A stretch of DNA of 64,000 nucleotides from Candidatus Omnitrophota bacterium (GTDB taxonomy: Bacteria > Omnitrophota > Gorgyraeia > Zapsychrales > Zapsychraceae). Of this stretch, positions 32,301 to 38,840 are shown piece after piece. Made by a program: the position numbers and the translations under genes. Position 1 is the stretch's first letter. Every line of letters begins with the position of its first letter. The DNA lies in NCBI GenBank assembly GCA_015233115.1, contig JADFYJ010000015.1:450-64449 (forward strand). Direction: 5' to 3'. Below the pieces are notes generated by a model. It did no database searches. It worked only from the letters and a program-made list of their open reading frames with translations, and had not been told where the DNA came from.

Positions 32301-34968
32301 TGTAATGATTCAGAATCAATTCCAAATGGGTAACATGATCTACGGTAAAGCGATTCAATGACTTCAAAAGGAACATCAAGTGATAATCTTCGTCAGAAGA
32401 CGCTGCGATAAAATTAATAAATAGAGATCCATAATGCGTACTGGAAGATTTTGAATAAGACCCTTCAGATAAAATACAATCCATGGCAATAGGCTTGATT
32501 TCTTTTATTCCGTTGTCGATGGCTAACGACAAAAGAAAATCAAACTCTTTGTTAAATTCAGTATGATATCCTCTCCCTATTGCATACATTTTACTCTGAT
32601 ATAAAGCGATGATACTGTCCATCACCCATTTTCTTACCTCTTTATCGTCCATGAGCAAACGAAATACTTGAAACATGGCCATGAATTTATCGCGTTCTCC
32701 ATCTTGAAAGTCGTAAAAAGTAACTTTTTCAAACATTTTTCTAAAGTAAGCAAAGATACGGTGTGCGATTTGCTGCTTTGTTTGGTTTGCTGATAAATTT
32801 ATTTTGGTTTTACCCTTAACTTGACCTGTACCTTTAATAAATGTAAAAGAAAATTTGCCGTCCTGGATTTGTGGGTCTTTTATGGTGTATGTCCGGACAT
32901 CCTCACTTCTATACTTTGTGTTTGCTAATGATTTAAAAGCTTCATTATATTCTTTTACCGTCGGCGCATTCATTGAACCGAAAGCATCAAAATACTCTTC
33001 GGGGTTGTCAATTTGTAGATTTGTTAACTTTTTATCCTGTTGAAACGGTGGGTATGAATATAAAATGTAATAATATTCTCCTTTATTAACCAATAAATCA
33101 TTCTGATGAAAAATTGATTTCATATCAAACATTGAGTCCGTAAAAGCTTGCTGATCTCTCTCCCGAATAATTATTTTTACCGCTTGGGGGTCAAAATTTT
33201 TCGGAGCTTTTTCCGAAATCGCAAAGCGCTTGAGCATCTCCCGAATGGTAATTTTTTCGCCTGAATTAACTATATCGTCAGTATTGATAAAAATATTGGT
33301 TGAATCTGAGTGGAATTCGTTGAGAAATTCCATTTTAGGATCTGTGTTGGCGATAAAACCCGAAAGATCTATCCAACCAACTTTTATAGCCTCTTGTTTT
33401 TCTATTTTACTTTGCTGTTCTATTATTTGTTGAGCTAATTTTATTCTTTGTGATTCATCGATGTTTTTTAAAGCGTCAAAAGTTTTAGGATCAATAAAAA
33501 CACGATCTTCATGACCGATAAAAATAAAATTTGTAAATTTATTTTTGAATAAAGCACCTGCGCTTTCATTTAATCCTTCTAAAAAATAAAGGCTCATACC
33601 TTCCTTTTTCAAATCTTCTTCCGGATCCAAAAATTGATACCGTTCATCACTCGGCTTGATTCTCATTTTTGAGGATCCCAATCCACCCATAAAATATTGA
33701 TCAATTAAAGAAACAACAGCTTGGTAGTTTGCATCCGCTGACAAAGTATCATTAGTACCAGATGAATTGCTCATCATCGCCGCGTCTGCCTGCAATTTCA
33801 CCTGAACCACAACCGCTTTATCCGTCGAGTCCATGGCAGCGTCGAGTTCGGGGTTGGCGCGATTTTCAACGGCCAGCCCGGCCTGATTGCCTGCCCAGCC
33901 GCCGGAAAAATATTTTCTGGAAACAATCTGCTGCGTTTGAGGGTTATATTCCTCTTTAATATAGTTGTAAACGCCTTTCTGGAATGCTTTTAAATACTGG
34001 TCGTAAATTTTTTGATTGGCGGCAGGATCTGCTGTTTCCAAACCTGCGGTTTTTTTCCGGTCAACAAATACCTGGCCTAATATGGATTTTTTCAAGGCTT
34101 GTTTGTACCACAAAGCTAATATCATGGAATTGTAAATCTGCCGAAGATTCGCGAAAATTTCGCCTTCGTTCACTTCTTTTTCGATTTCGGGGATGATGAT
34201 TTGACGTAAAAACTGCGCTTTTAAATCATCACCCATTTTCGATATTCCTTTTTTTATAACCCCCTCATGCTTAGAAAGCGAAACATAATCCTGCTCCAGC
34301 ATAACTTTCAAATGCGTGCTGACTATAAATGCTCCTTTAGAATGTTCATAAATTTTGGCGGTTTCTGGGATAATCCAGACTTTGTTGTAAGTGTCTAACG
34401 GGATATCTGTCGTATGTAATTCATTCTGCGCGCGTTCATAAATCTTCGACCAAAATTTTCTGCCTAATTCGTTTTCCGGATACATGAGCGACGCGGTGAG
34501 TTGTTTTAATAGGTAATCCTGAGCGAGAACATCACGACCCATTTCGGTTTTTCCAAAATTAACCGGGATCATACGGTCAGGCTCATTAGGAGATAAGTTC
34601 ACCCACATTTGGTCTTGCGGCACAGTTAGAGACGCGAGAAAATATTTTATTAGACGGGTGGATTCTTGTTTAAATTCTTCAGGATCCCTCTCCCTTCCCG
34701 ATGAGGGATTATTATCTGTTCCTTTATCGATAATAAAGTTAAATTTTAAGGGATCTTGCGGGTCAATGTTCACACCTTTGATGATGGCCGGGTGAAATGC
34801 CGGCGTAGGCATAAGCATAGTACTCGACACTGGGCCTTCGACTATACTCAGGGCATGTAACTGGGCATAGCCTGTCCCCGTAAACACAGTAGACATAATA
34901 AATGCCCAAGTAAGAAACGCGGCAATTACACGCTTTCCATAGCTGTTAAAAGTAAAAAATGAATTCAT
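23353..34968 (-). CDS. Giant secreted protein (3871 aa) with at least four C-terminal tandem repeat modules
   Basis: 11.6 kb uninterrupted ORF. N-terminal Sec signal KRVIAAFLTWAFIMSTVFTGTGYA. At least four tandem ~370-500 aa modules (DAAMLxN...QLADQEWKQILNPGW...SRRGFLKLAGG...KERDIIYKWVDEFFY) with near-identical DNA blocks at ~24650, 26150, 27290 and 28420. HD-like segment LHDID...VNHE...VRDAD. Confidence 0.85.
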   Translation of the reverse strand: MNSFFTFNSYGKRVIAAFLTWAFIMSTVFTGTGYAQLHALSIVEGPVSSTMLMPTPAFHPAIIKGVNIDPQDPLKFNFIIDKGTDNNPSSGRERDPEEFKQESTRLIKYFLASLTVPQDQMWVNLSPNEPDRMIPVNFGKTEMGRDVLAQDYLLKQLTASLMYPENELGRKFWSKIYERAQNELHTTDIPLDTYNKVWIIPETAKIYEHSKGAFIVSTHLKVMLEQDYVSLSKHEGVIKKGISKMGDDLKAQFLRQIIIPEIEKEVNEGEIFANLRQIYNSMILALWYKQALKKSILGQVFVDRKKTAGLETADPAANQKIYDQYLKAFQKGVYNYIKEEYNPQTQQIVSRKYFSGGWAGNQAGLAVENRANPELDAAMDSTDKAVVVQVKLQADAAMMSNSSGTNDTLSADANYQAVVSLIDQYFMGGLGSSKMRIKPSDERYQFLDPEEDLKKEGMSLYFLEGLNESAGALFKNKFTNFIFIGHEDRVFIDPKTFDALKNIDESQRIKLAQQIIEQQSKIEKQEAIKVGWIDLSGFIANTDPKMEFLNEFHSDSTNIFINTDDIVNSGEKITIREMLKRFAISEKAPKNFDPQAVKIIIRERDQQAFTDSMFDMKSIFHQNDLLVNKGEYYYILYSYPPFQQDKKLTNLQIDNPEEYFDAFGSMNAPTVKEYNEAFKSLANTKYRSEDVRTYTIKDPQIQDGKFSFTFIKGTGQVKGKTKINLSANQTKQQIAHRIFAYFRKMFEKVTFYDFQDGERDKFMAMFQVFRLLMDDKEVRKWVMDSIIALYQSKMYAIGRGYHTEFNKEFDFLLSLAIDNGIKEIKPIAMDCILSEGSYSKSSSTHYGSLFINFIAASSDEDYHLMFLLKSLNRFTVDHVTHLELILNHYIMEYLGVERNSLWKIDDEPTIEFFFENLRYICGLADTDDNLIFHNERLLLRISGIFSELCKNDKIAKRLLKMIREEKNFRVAQNLFQFGVQGIYIEYSTDPRLTVDYIDTAIQLFKTTPLDVAYFFNEFMTHQDREGSDKYDLRREYRRDELIDLLVKHLINIDFQDDSKSQTLQNIFSILIAYQSPVGQPSALKFLDKKSPHFVEAFKYFIEVGDPRFFEEVWKQITIMESSGLNEVKLNTIGNYLLSVLKLEGEFALTSEQRVKINSFVEKYIFNQNEKNGKILKLWISFVGELHREDKLEELRALSRKAGNKDCERTIMESLSLLSEKEAQEFLKIYVMSIWAKSDIEEKRKVYGFIKSPARQSNMQQRRALCRLLLNTAISTNDSQLLDWILTGFIDGDPNGAADLLDTGVYDNYDLSDVDLGHHWGVRYSDVYVDAPQRIRNYFVRWYMNVLMKTPALTFGKEEDNEILKMHDRIRIKLYKLLERDMGLQGERFNKLTYYQGFNAGKWQGEPEPRLETYEDFLPAVVLLKPFYDMAVNQNKFYARMTADDVFEILKSLDPYFYEAMQGNVIFQMYADFLNQQKEHQSGSIIAEAFKRFSPEIHSDLPVSTAVVDIRSLTPYVHDLYEASLDKYLNPVFFHNDGKFKKNDRNYAEHLFLSFFLRTLYLLHQKDETHALQSHIGENGETINNLRAKYDDAALLANSQEDSKYKMVFFKIGRQASQILSNGNYFVWQGPSGRVYHAPKAGEATFGASLDKYQPSLADAAMKTDLNDRGSDDLMNNTPTDSAMVQKKFPNIGLLVEVGLNPVFWVKPNENIFGEYDSKEEIYVQKVTGILQKIIRNLRQNEYRDKPLPGLDPHLLNTGNYAAQIYQLRYGRQAPAYLRIAGMLHDIDRAFPHFEVNKKDYEKALGEHYYDQYKKAHSMVSAKIAVGLLKKAGASDNLISRVYRVIVNHEAGGQEDIDMVRDADAISYFEDEGFELVLQQTLSGQRKVDAQEGVRNKTAFMYFRCSDESRQIIDDVMRNRQIRNNLDRMDPEVVTLFQNIKDDKDLQRKILNSREEANYKYYVLFYDLKGKHRFMLGIPGDVKGPVFWVMNAVSSRIESLSGQELNDQKLVMLVNTIVADLRVPEKNLEILKFLKKIKDGTPMKLPLYPHSGFNNKISYQATALLEKIEQLSAPEQRFLVQIWENSDDLRGNDLRFIISGIEAGASSMITKKSLYDPEVFYFISFWESLKFKFGKDMTADNGDSQPDLAMMQNSQLTSVDQNNPARQILIQLADQEWKQILNPGWMGKLRRAIAFLKEPITMESFAAAQLRQAINEHPQKDEIIQEIALMIHMGDIGTGNNRLLTGGKGLLDFMVQEDFKKQDLIELSRRGFLKLAGGTASAMGIMPIGIKSVMSMVENATISIPVGDKGDTQYPSSTWWKKWQLVHQLDERMNALRLHVFHINPSFHPDGIIIPQFAHLQMDSITLPNNYERVNFPRDLSYYKHLLSEGNLKIQLVADYISTMAENLEAAWDILELPSFSETDKKQMLMDLHAAKTKYFQPKTIPKIEAMITETKQKIIELKKEREIVHKWVDGFFYLNLTEEAYLSYDNEILQLEFNLQQLKFVLGAFNKSRAENWLLKLSGEKSDAAMLENSQLSIGDQNNSTREILMQLADQEWKQILNPGWMGRLRRAIAYLKEPISIESFAAANLRKTIHIHPQRDVLIQEIERMKQMRKNGTGNETLLTGGSGLIDSMIKEDLESGIERREFFKISVAAAMSVGFLPEGLKDAMKLAERPVTVAMPDQELLRLRLFTKITEHVDLVQEGITKTYNVIYGATERNDLVLEMLAGPVKDLTPKEVIEMFIRRPHADEISTIFLKKAVGDLEPANHILANFFRVLENNPSMFSTLRDLSDFTLDQKQKILLDYGHANGFLEPKTMTDLKSKISETRENIAKLNKERDIIFKWLDEFFYVTEINTKWVLNYDEKIFQLEKELKNLEFILGLFNKARVDKWPHNVSGKNHDAAMLNNPEHPQLYALEQNSLNRQILMQLAEKISSEILNPSWLKRLKMLFDHMKQPLPMKAMAAEKMRQAVENHPLKDVLRREIECMKLSGEIGAGKNGFMNGGIGLLDLMVTEDRKDQRDGKAGMSRREFMKTVAVAAAGTRMMPKELTGIMKMAGGPSSVVVDGLFQAQEKKQDLYFKIYSLVTQVEQRYSSFLWKNNLPGMQPVLVGEVRLRIPTAVYRVLTNQPLDTEEISDVLSTNDLNSFLGNYSIEYLEGLLGKLEPIRNILLQFIIEMENTPPEVLSSVMNLPISNDGKRQTLLDLFDVKTESPENEDSIPELEKNIVKIQQKIVGLNAEREIFYKWIERFFYRTKTTEDVLNAYSGEILQLENDLKQMQSVLEITKKFKKANLLQRDDIAHTMKHIIHVDRDSLDAICNKISFLTLQSFHDRRIVFHHLRSAFEFLIQVKLEVGLSEMMDFHEKLTHNIGNDRVRDESFIVQAEDIIRDIEKEILRLGKEQKDQALSHRRNDAAMLDNPAHQLLMQLADQAWEKILNPDLVTRMRMKWNAVQMKIFGGIEEPFSLTAVAVDSLKSSVLQHSQRDQIMEEIIHMIQDGKILANNNNIVNSREGLIALMIQEMTSQAKDTENEIPEAYSESRRGFLKLIGGAAGAVGLSPFGKLGQVISLVENRKTIITRGVSQEIVTKELQDKIVGEGVWLIAGYDDLLTEEPSQYTGVYRVVFQNVISILKEDPGGRRFLEKFVHFTRTSKNMESLNKLRQAIGFVHSSVGNIRDLILNNPEMVEAILNSPFSDLEKAEVLTNRNLFADDFVIAKFKSKEKKIKQKIGDLKKERDIIYKWVDEFFYATEMIRELQFSYEEEILRLERELKKNIEELLQVYRNGLAEKFRMSDFAHSEKAKGDQAQITNPAPKDGGIDLNAAHLKVDVDQEGRGFEIKTDPAMIEQLKNINGFVPVIIDVVPVTNLRMLLGL
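23400..28650 (-). repeat. Intragenic tandem repeat region of the giant ORF (~1.1-1.5 kb period, at least 4 copies)
   Basis: Twin-arginine-like motif codons at ~24350 (SESRRGFLKLIGGAAGAVG), ~25875 (MSRREFMKTVAVAAAG), ~27040 (ERREFFKISVAAAMSVG) and ~28165 (LSRRGFLKLAGGTASAMG). DNA-level identity blocks, e.g. ccagttgcattaatatttgacg. Confidence 0.8.
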
Positions 34969-35064
34969 GGCCTTCTCTAAAATTAATAAAGGATTGTGAA
35001 AACTAGCGAAAGTGTGCCATATATATTTATATTTGGCAAGGCAGATTGAGTTCTTGATTTCTCA

Positions 35065-35352
35065 TTATTTGTGAAGGTAAGAGCGCGGATGTCGATGCTG
35101 GTGGGCTACGGCAGAAATAATTACAGAGTTGTCAATAATCCCATAAAGTATTAAATATGGGAATTTACGTAAAGGACATTTACGGGTATGTCTGGTTAAA
35201 AATTGGTGCCCCTCAGGATAAAGGCGTATGAAATCAATGGCTTCCAAAATTTCATTGCGAAAAAGAACACCCAAGCCGGTCAGTTGTTGTTCATAAAATT
35301 CAATGGTTTGATTCAATTCTTGTTGAGCGATAGGCAAGAAAATGACGTTCAT
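35065..35352 (-). CDS. Type II toxin, ParE/RelE family
   Basis: 95 aa. MNVIFLPIAQQELNQTIEFYE...ILEAIDFIRLYPEGHQ. 4-nt overlap with the upstream antitoxin gene. Confidence 0.7.
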   Translation of the reverse strand: MNVIFLPIAQQELNQTIEFYEQQLTGLGVLFRNEILEAIDFIRLYPEGHQFLTRHTRKCPLRKFPYLILYGIIDNSVIISAVAHQHRHPRSYLHK

Positions 35353-35561
35353 TTGGCTAGTTGTTTTTTAATGGTTTCAAAATTTATGCCTTTTAGTTTG
35401 CCATTTTTATACGCGGCAAGACGTTTATCTGACTCAACGCCCCACTCCCGTTCGATTTCCGGATCAGGTTTATCCAGACTTGCGAGGATATTGTCAACCA
35501 TACGCAGACGCTGAATAGGTGAAAGCTGCAGAATATTTTTTTCAATATTTTTTACTGTCAT
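35349..35561 (-). CDS. Putative addiction-module antitoxin (TIGR02574-like)
   Basis: 70 aa. LSPIQRLRMVDNILASLDKPDPEIEREW...LAAYKNGKLKGINFETIKKQL matches the addiction-module-component pattern. Confidence 0.65.
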   Translation of the reverse strand: MTVKNIEKNILQLSPIQRLRMVDNILASLDKPDPEIEREWGVESDKRLAAYKNGKLKGINFETIKKQLAK

Positions 35562-35850
35562 AAAAAAACTCCTTTTTCGTTAAACAAATTATAACATTAG
35601 AAGGTGGAATGTTCAAGGGAGCGTAAAAATGGTGTCTGATCTCGACTAAAAAATAAGTTGAGGGGAATGCTTTTATATAAAAAGCATAAATCAAAAAAAC
35701 CATTCTTAAAGTAAGATAATTCCAAGTTGCCGTCAAAGTTGATAGACCAAAGTTGCTTTAAAATAAGATAATACCAGGTTGTGATAATGATTTTTTGATT
35801 TTTCCCCTCAACCAGACTTCAAAATCTTTTTTTGAATTCAAACCATCTGC

Positions 35851-36102
35851 TTATTTTTTATATTGTCGATAAATTGCCGCACGAGTCGGACATCCACACA
35901 CATAGGAATAACCAAACGATGTTACATAAGGACACCGTATAGTCATCTGATGTGGTTTGATAAAAATCAAATCCTGAGAAACTACTCCGCTAAATTCACA
36001 CCCAGGACAGCCTTCGTCGGTTAAACATTTAAATTTATGTGGACATTTTGTGGTTTGTTTTACAATAGCGTCATCAATTTGAAAAGACACGGATTCCCCC
36101 AC
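35851..36102 (-). CDS. Small Cys-rich protein (9 Cys in 83 aa), unknown function
   Basis: CPHKFKC...CPGCEF...CPYV...CGCP. No family recognised. Confidence 0.45.
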   Translation of the reverse strand: MGESVSFQIDDAIVKQTTKCPHKFKCLTDEGCPGCEFSGVVSQDLIFIKPHQMTIRCPYVTSFGYSYVCGCPTRAAIYRQYKK

Positions 36103-36260
36103 TCTTTTTTTCCATCAATTCATAGCTGTTATGACTTTAGCAGTAATAATTATTTGTCATTAATATAAGACTTTAGTCTTAATTATGTATATAGGACAAA
36201 TGTCGCATATAGTAACGAGGGGGGATATGGGAAAAGTGAAAGGTAAGAGACAAAAAACAA

Positions 36261-36878
36261 TTACGTCGATATACCAACTTTTTCAAGAGCTTGTACGAGT
36301 TTAGCAACAGAAGACAATCGCATTTTCTTCATGACCCGGCCACGATGCTTACGGATGGTCTTTTCCGCTGTCCCTAATGTTACCGCAATCTGTTTATTGA
36401 GTTTTCCGGTAATGATCTGCCGCATAACCTCATCTTCCCGAGAAGTTAACGTGGCTATTAAAGATAAAATTCTTGCTCGCTGAGCAGCTTCTTTGACATT
36501 TTGTTTATCCAATTTATGCGCGGAAATAATGGCCGAACGTAACTCGCCCGCATTAAACGGCTTTAATAAAAAATCAACCGCCCCTTGTTTTATCGCCTTG
36601 ACGCTCATGGGGATATCACCATGTCCGGTTATAAAAATAATAGGAACAGCAATACCCTTGTCTTGTAAATCCTCCTGCAAAGCAAATCCGTCTAGACGAG
36701 GAAGATACATATCCAACAAAAGGCATGCTGGCCGCTGCACCAAATTCTGTTTAAGAAAATCCTCCGCAGAGCCAAATCCTTGAACCTTATATCCCATTCT
36801 TCCCGTCAATTCCTCAAGACTTTCCCGGAAAGTATAATCGTCATCAACAATATACACAGTTAAGTTTTGAGGATTCAT
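36261..36878 (-). CDS. Response regulator, REC + LuxR/FixJ-type HTH
   Basis: 205 aa. REC domain (VYIVDDD...LLLDMYLPRLDG). C-terminal LTSREDEVMRQIITGKLNKQIAVTLGTAEKTIRKHR. Confidence 0.9.
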   Translation of the reverse strand: MNPQNLTVYIVDDDYTFRESLEELTGRMGYKVQGFGSAEDFLKQNLVQRPACLLLDMYLPRLDGFALQEDLQDKGIAVPIIFITGHGDIPMSVKAIKQGAVDFLLKPFNAGELRSAIISAHKLDKQNVKEAAQRARILSLIATLTSREDEVMRQIITGKLNKQIAVTLGTAEKTIRKHRGRVMKKMRLSSVAKLVQALEKVGIST

Positions 36879-38833
36879 AAACTCTCTTTCTTTTGCAGTA
36901 TCGGCAATGAGAAAAAGAAAGTTACCCCTTTATCCGGATTGTTGTAAACAGACAATTGACCACCGTGCGATTGAATGATGGAACGGCAAATAAAAAGCCC
37001 CATGCCCAGCCCTTCTTTTTTGGTGGTATGAAAAGGCTTGAACAATTGTTCTAAATGCTCCTCATCAATCTTGGGGCCAGAATTCATAACGCTGACTGTC
37101 ACCCAGCCTGGTTTATGAATATCTACCAGAATTTTAATTTGCTTTATAGCCGCTTCAGATAATGCTTCCAGGGCATTCGTAATCAAATTTAAGACAACCT
37201 GCTGTAACTGAACCTTATTACCCATAACCATCAGCCCGCCTGATTTAATATTTGCCGTAAATGTGACGTCTTTGAGAACAGATCTGATTTGCACCAAGGC
37301 TATAACATCTTGAATGACGGCCCCTACATTCAATTCTTCTCTTTCCACTGACTCTTTTTTGATCAAATCGCGAAGCCTCCGAATCACATTTCCCGCGCGC
37401 TCATCTTCATCAATAATATGAGATAAAATTTGCCGAACTTTACGAATATCAGGATTTTTTTCAGACAATATAAGTTCAGCCGTCGATGCCCAATTCAAAA
37501 TAGAACCTAAAGGCTGATTAATTTCATGCGCCAATGCCGCCGTTAATTGACCCAGAACCGCGATCCGCGACACATGCGATAATTCAAAGAACATCTCCTG
37601 AATCTTTACGTTCTGATCGCTAATTTCTTTAGTGCGATCATTAACTTTCGTTTCCAATTCTTCGTTAATTTGCCGAAGTGAGTCTTCAGCCCGCTTACGC
37701 TCTGTGATATCGCGGACAATGCCCCACATCCTCACAGGTTGTCCTTGGTGGTCGCGAACCAGATATATACAGAGCTCAACCGGAAAAATTGTCCCATCCT
37801 TATGCTGGTATTCCTTCTCAAAAACATCCGAATATCCCCGGGGAATAATTTGATCTTTAGTGATCTGGACTTCTAACTCGTGCCATTTCTCGGGAGTCAA
37901 ATCAAAATAGGTCAATTCCTTCAACTCTTTCTCAGAATATCCCAACATTTCCTGGTAAGCGCGATTGGCTTCCTGAATCCGTCCTTCCATATTCACAGAC
38001 ACAAACGCGTCCGTCATACTTTCATGCAGCCGCCGATATTTTTCCTCACTTTCCCGCAACGCATTCTCTACACCCTTACGCTCTGTGATGTCAATGATCG
38101 ACCCCTCCAGTATACCCGTAACAGGATAAACCATTAACGAGGTGATGCATATTTTCACTTGACCCGATTTAGTACGTAATGCAAATTCAAAATTTTCAAC
38201 CCGTCCTTCCGCTTTGAGAATTTTGACCATTTCTTCTCGAGCATTAAGGTCGACCCAAACAATGAGAGACGGCTGTCCTATAATCTCCTCCCTCGTATAG
38301 CCAAGAATGGAGAAATATTTTTCGTTCGCGTCCATAAACTCCGAGCCATCCAACCGTGAGCGGAACATTCCAACCTCTGCGTTATTAAAAAGGTTTCGGA
38401 ATTTTTCCTCGCTCTCTTGCAGCGACACTTCCATCTCCTTATGAAAAGTAATATCCTCAGCATTACCCAAAATTTGTTGTACTTTTCCTTCCTCATCGCG
38501 CGAGAAAGGAGTATCCCGGCTGCGCAGCCAGCGCCACTTGCCGCTAGCATGTTTCATCCGATATTCAATTTCCAGTACATCATCACTTTTAATAGTCCTA
38601 AGGAGGGCATGATGGTGGGTCACGAGAGCAACATCATCCGGATGAAGAATATTCTGAAATAACTCAGGCCCAAACAACTTGATCTGTTCAGGGGTATATC
38701 CCAGAAAAGTTAACACTTCGCGGTTAGCGAAATCATTACAATGATGGACAAGATTATAAATGTAAATAAGATTGGGAGAAGATCCCAAAATCCGTTCAAG
38801 CAAATGATCATTAGTTGAAGAAAAATTATTCAT
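36875..38833 (-). CDS. PAS-domain sensor histidine kinase
   Basis: 652 aa. Multiple PAS/PAC. HisKA with [12 protein letters not shown]. HATPase_c GxGxG (GLGMGL). 4-nt overlap with the response regulator. Confidence 0.9.
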   Translation of the reverse strand: MNNFSSTNDHLLERILGSSPNLIYIYNLVHHCNDFANREVLTFLGYTPEQIKLFGPELFQNILHPDDVALVTHHHALLRTIKSDDVLEIEYRMKHASGKWRWLRSRDTPFSRDEEGKVQQILGNAEDITFHKEMEVSLQESEEKFRNLFNNAEVGMFRSRLDGSEFMDANEKYFSILGYTREEIIGQPSLIVWVDLNAREEMVKILKAEGRVENFEFALRTKSGQVKICITSLMVYPVTGILEGSIIDITERKGVENALRESEEKYRRLHESMTDAFVSVNMEGRIQEANRAYQEMLGYSEKELKELTYFDLTPEKWHELEVQITKDQIIPRGYSDVFEKEYQHKDGTIFPVELCIYLVRDHQGQPVRMWGIVRDITERKRAEDSLRQINEELETKVNDRTKEISDQNVKIQEMFFELSHVSRIAVLGQLTAALAHEINQPLGSILNWASTAELILSEKNPDIRKVRQILSHIIDEDERAGNVIRRLRDLIKKESVEREELNVGAVIQDVIALVQIRSVLKDVTFTANIKSGGLMVMGNKVQLQQVVLNLITNALEALSEAAIKQIKILVDIHKPGWVTVSVMNSGPKIDEEHLEQLFKPFHTTKKEGLGMGLFICRSIIQSHGGQLSVYNNPDKGVTFFFSLPILQKKESL

Positions 38834-38840
38834 CCGATGA

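Noticed and set aside
23353-34968. Treating the SRRxFLK motifs as functional N-terminal Tat signals
   Set aside because: They are internal, located 1.1-1.5 kb apart inside one uninterrupted ORF that already has a Sec-type N-terminal signal. They are reported as a motif of interest, not as export signals.
35542-35736. 64-aa ORF upstream of the antitoxin gene
   Set aside because: Low-complexity hydrophobic translation of an AT-rich promoter region. It overlaps the antitoxin gene start. No support.
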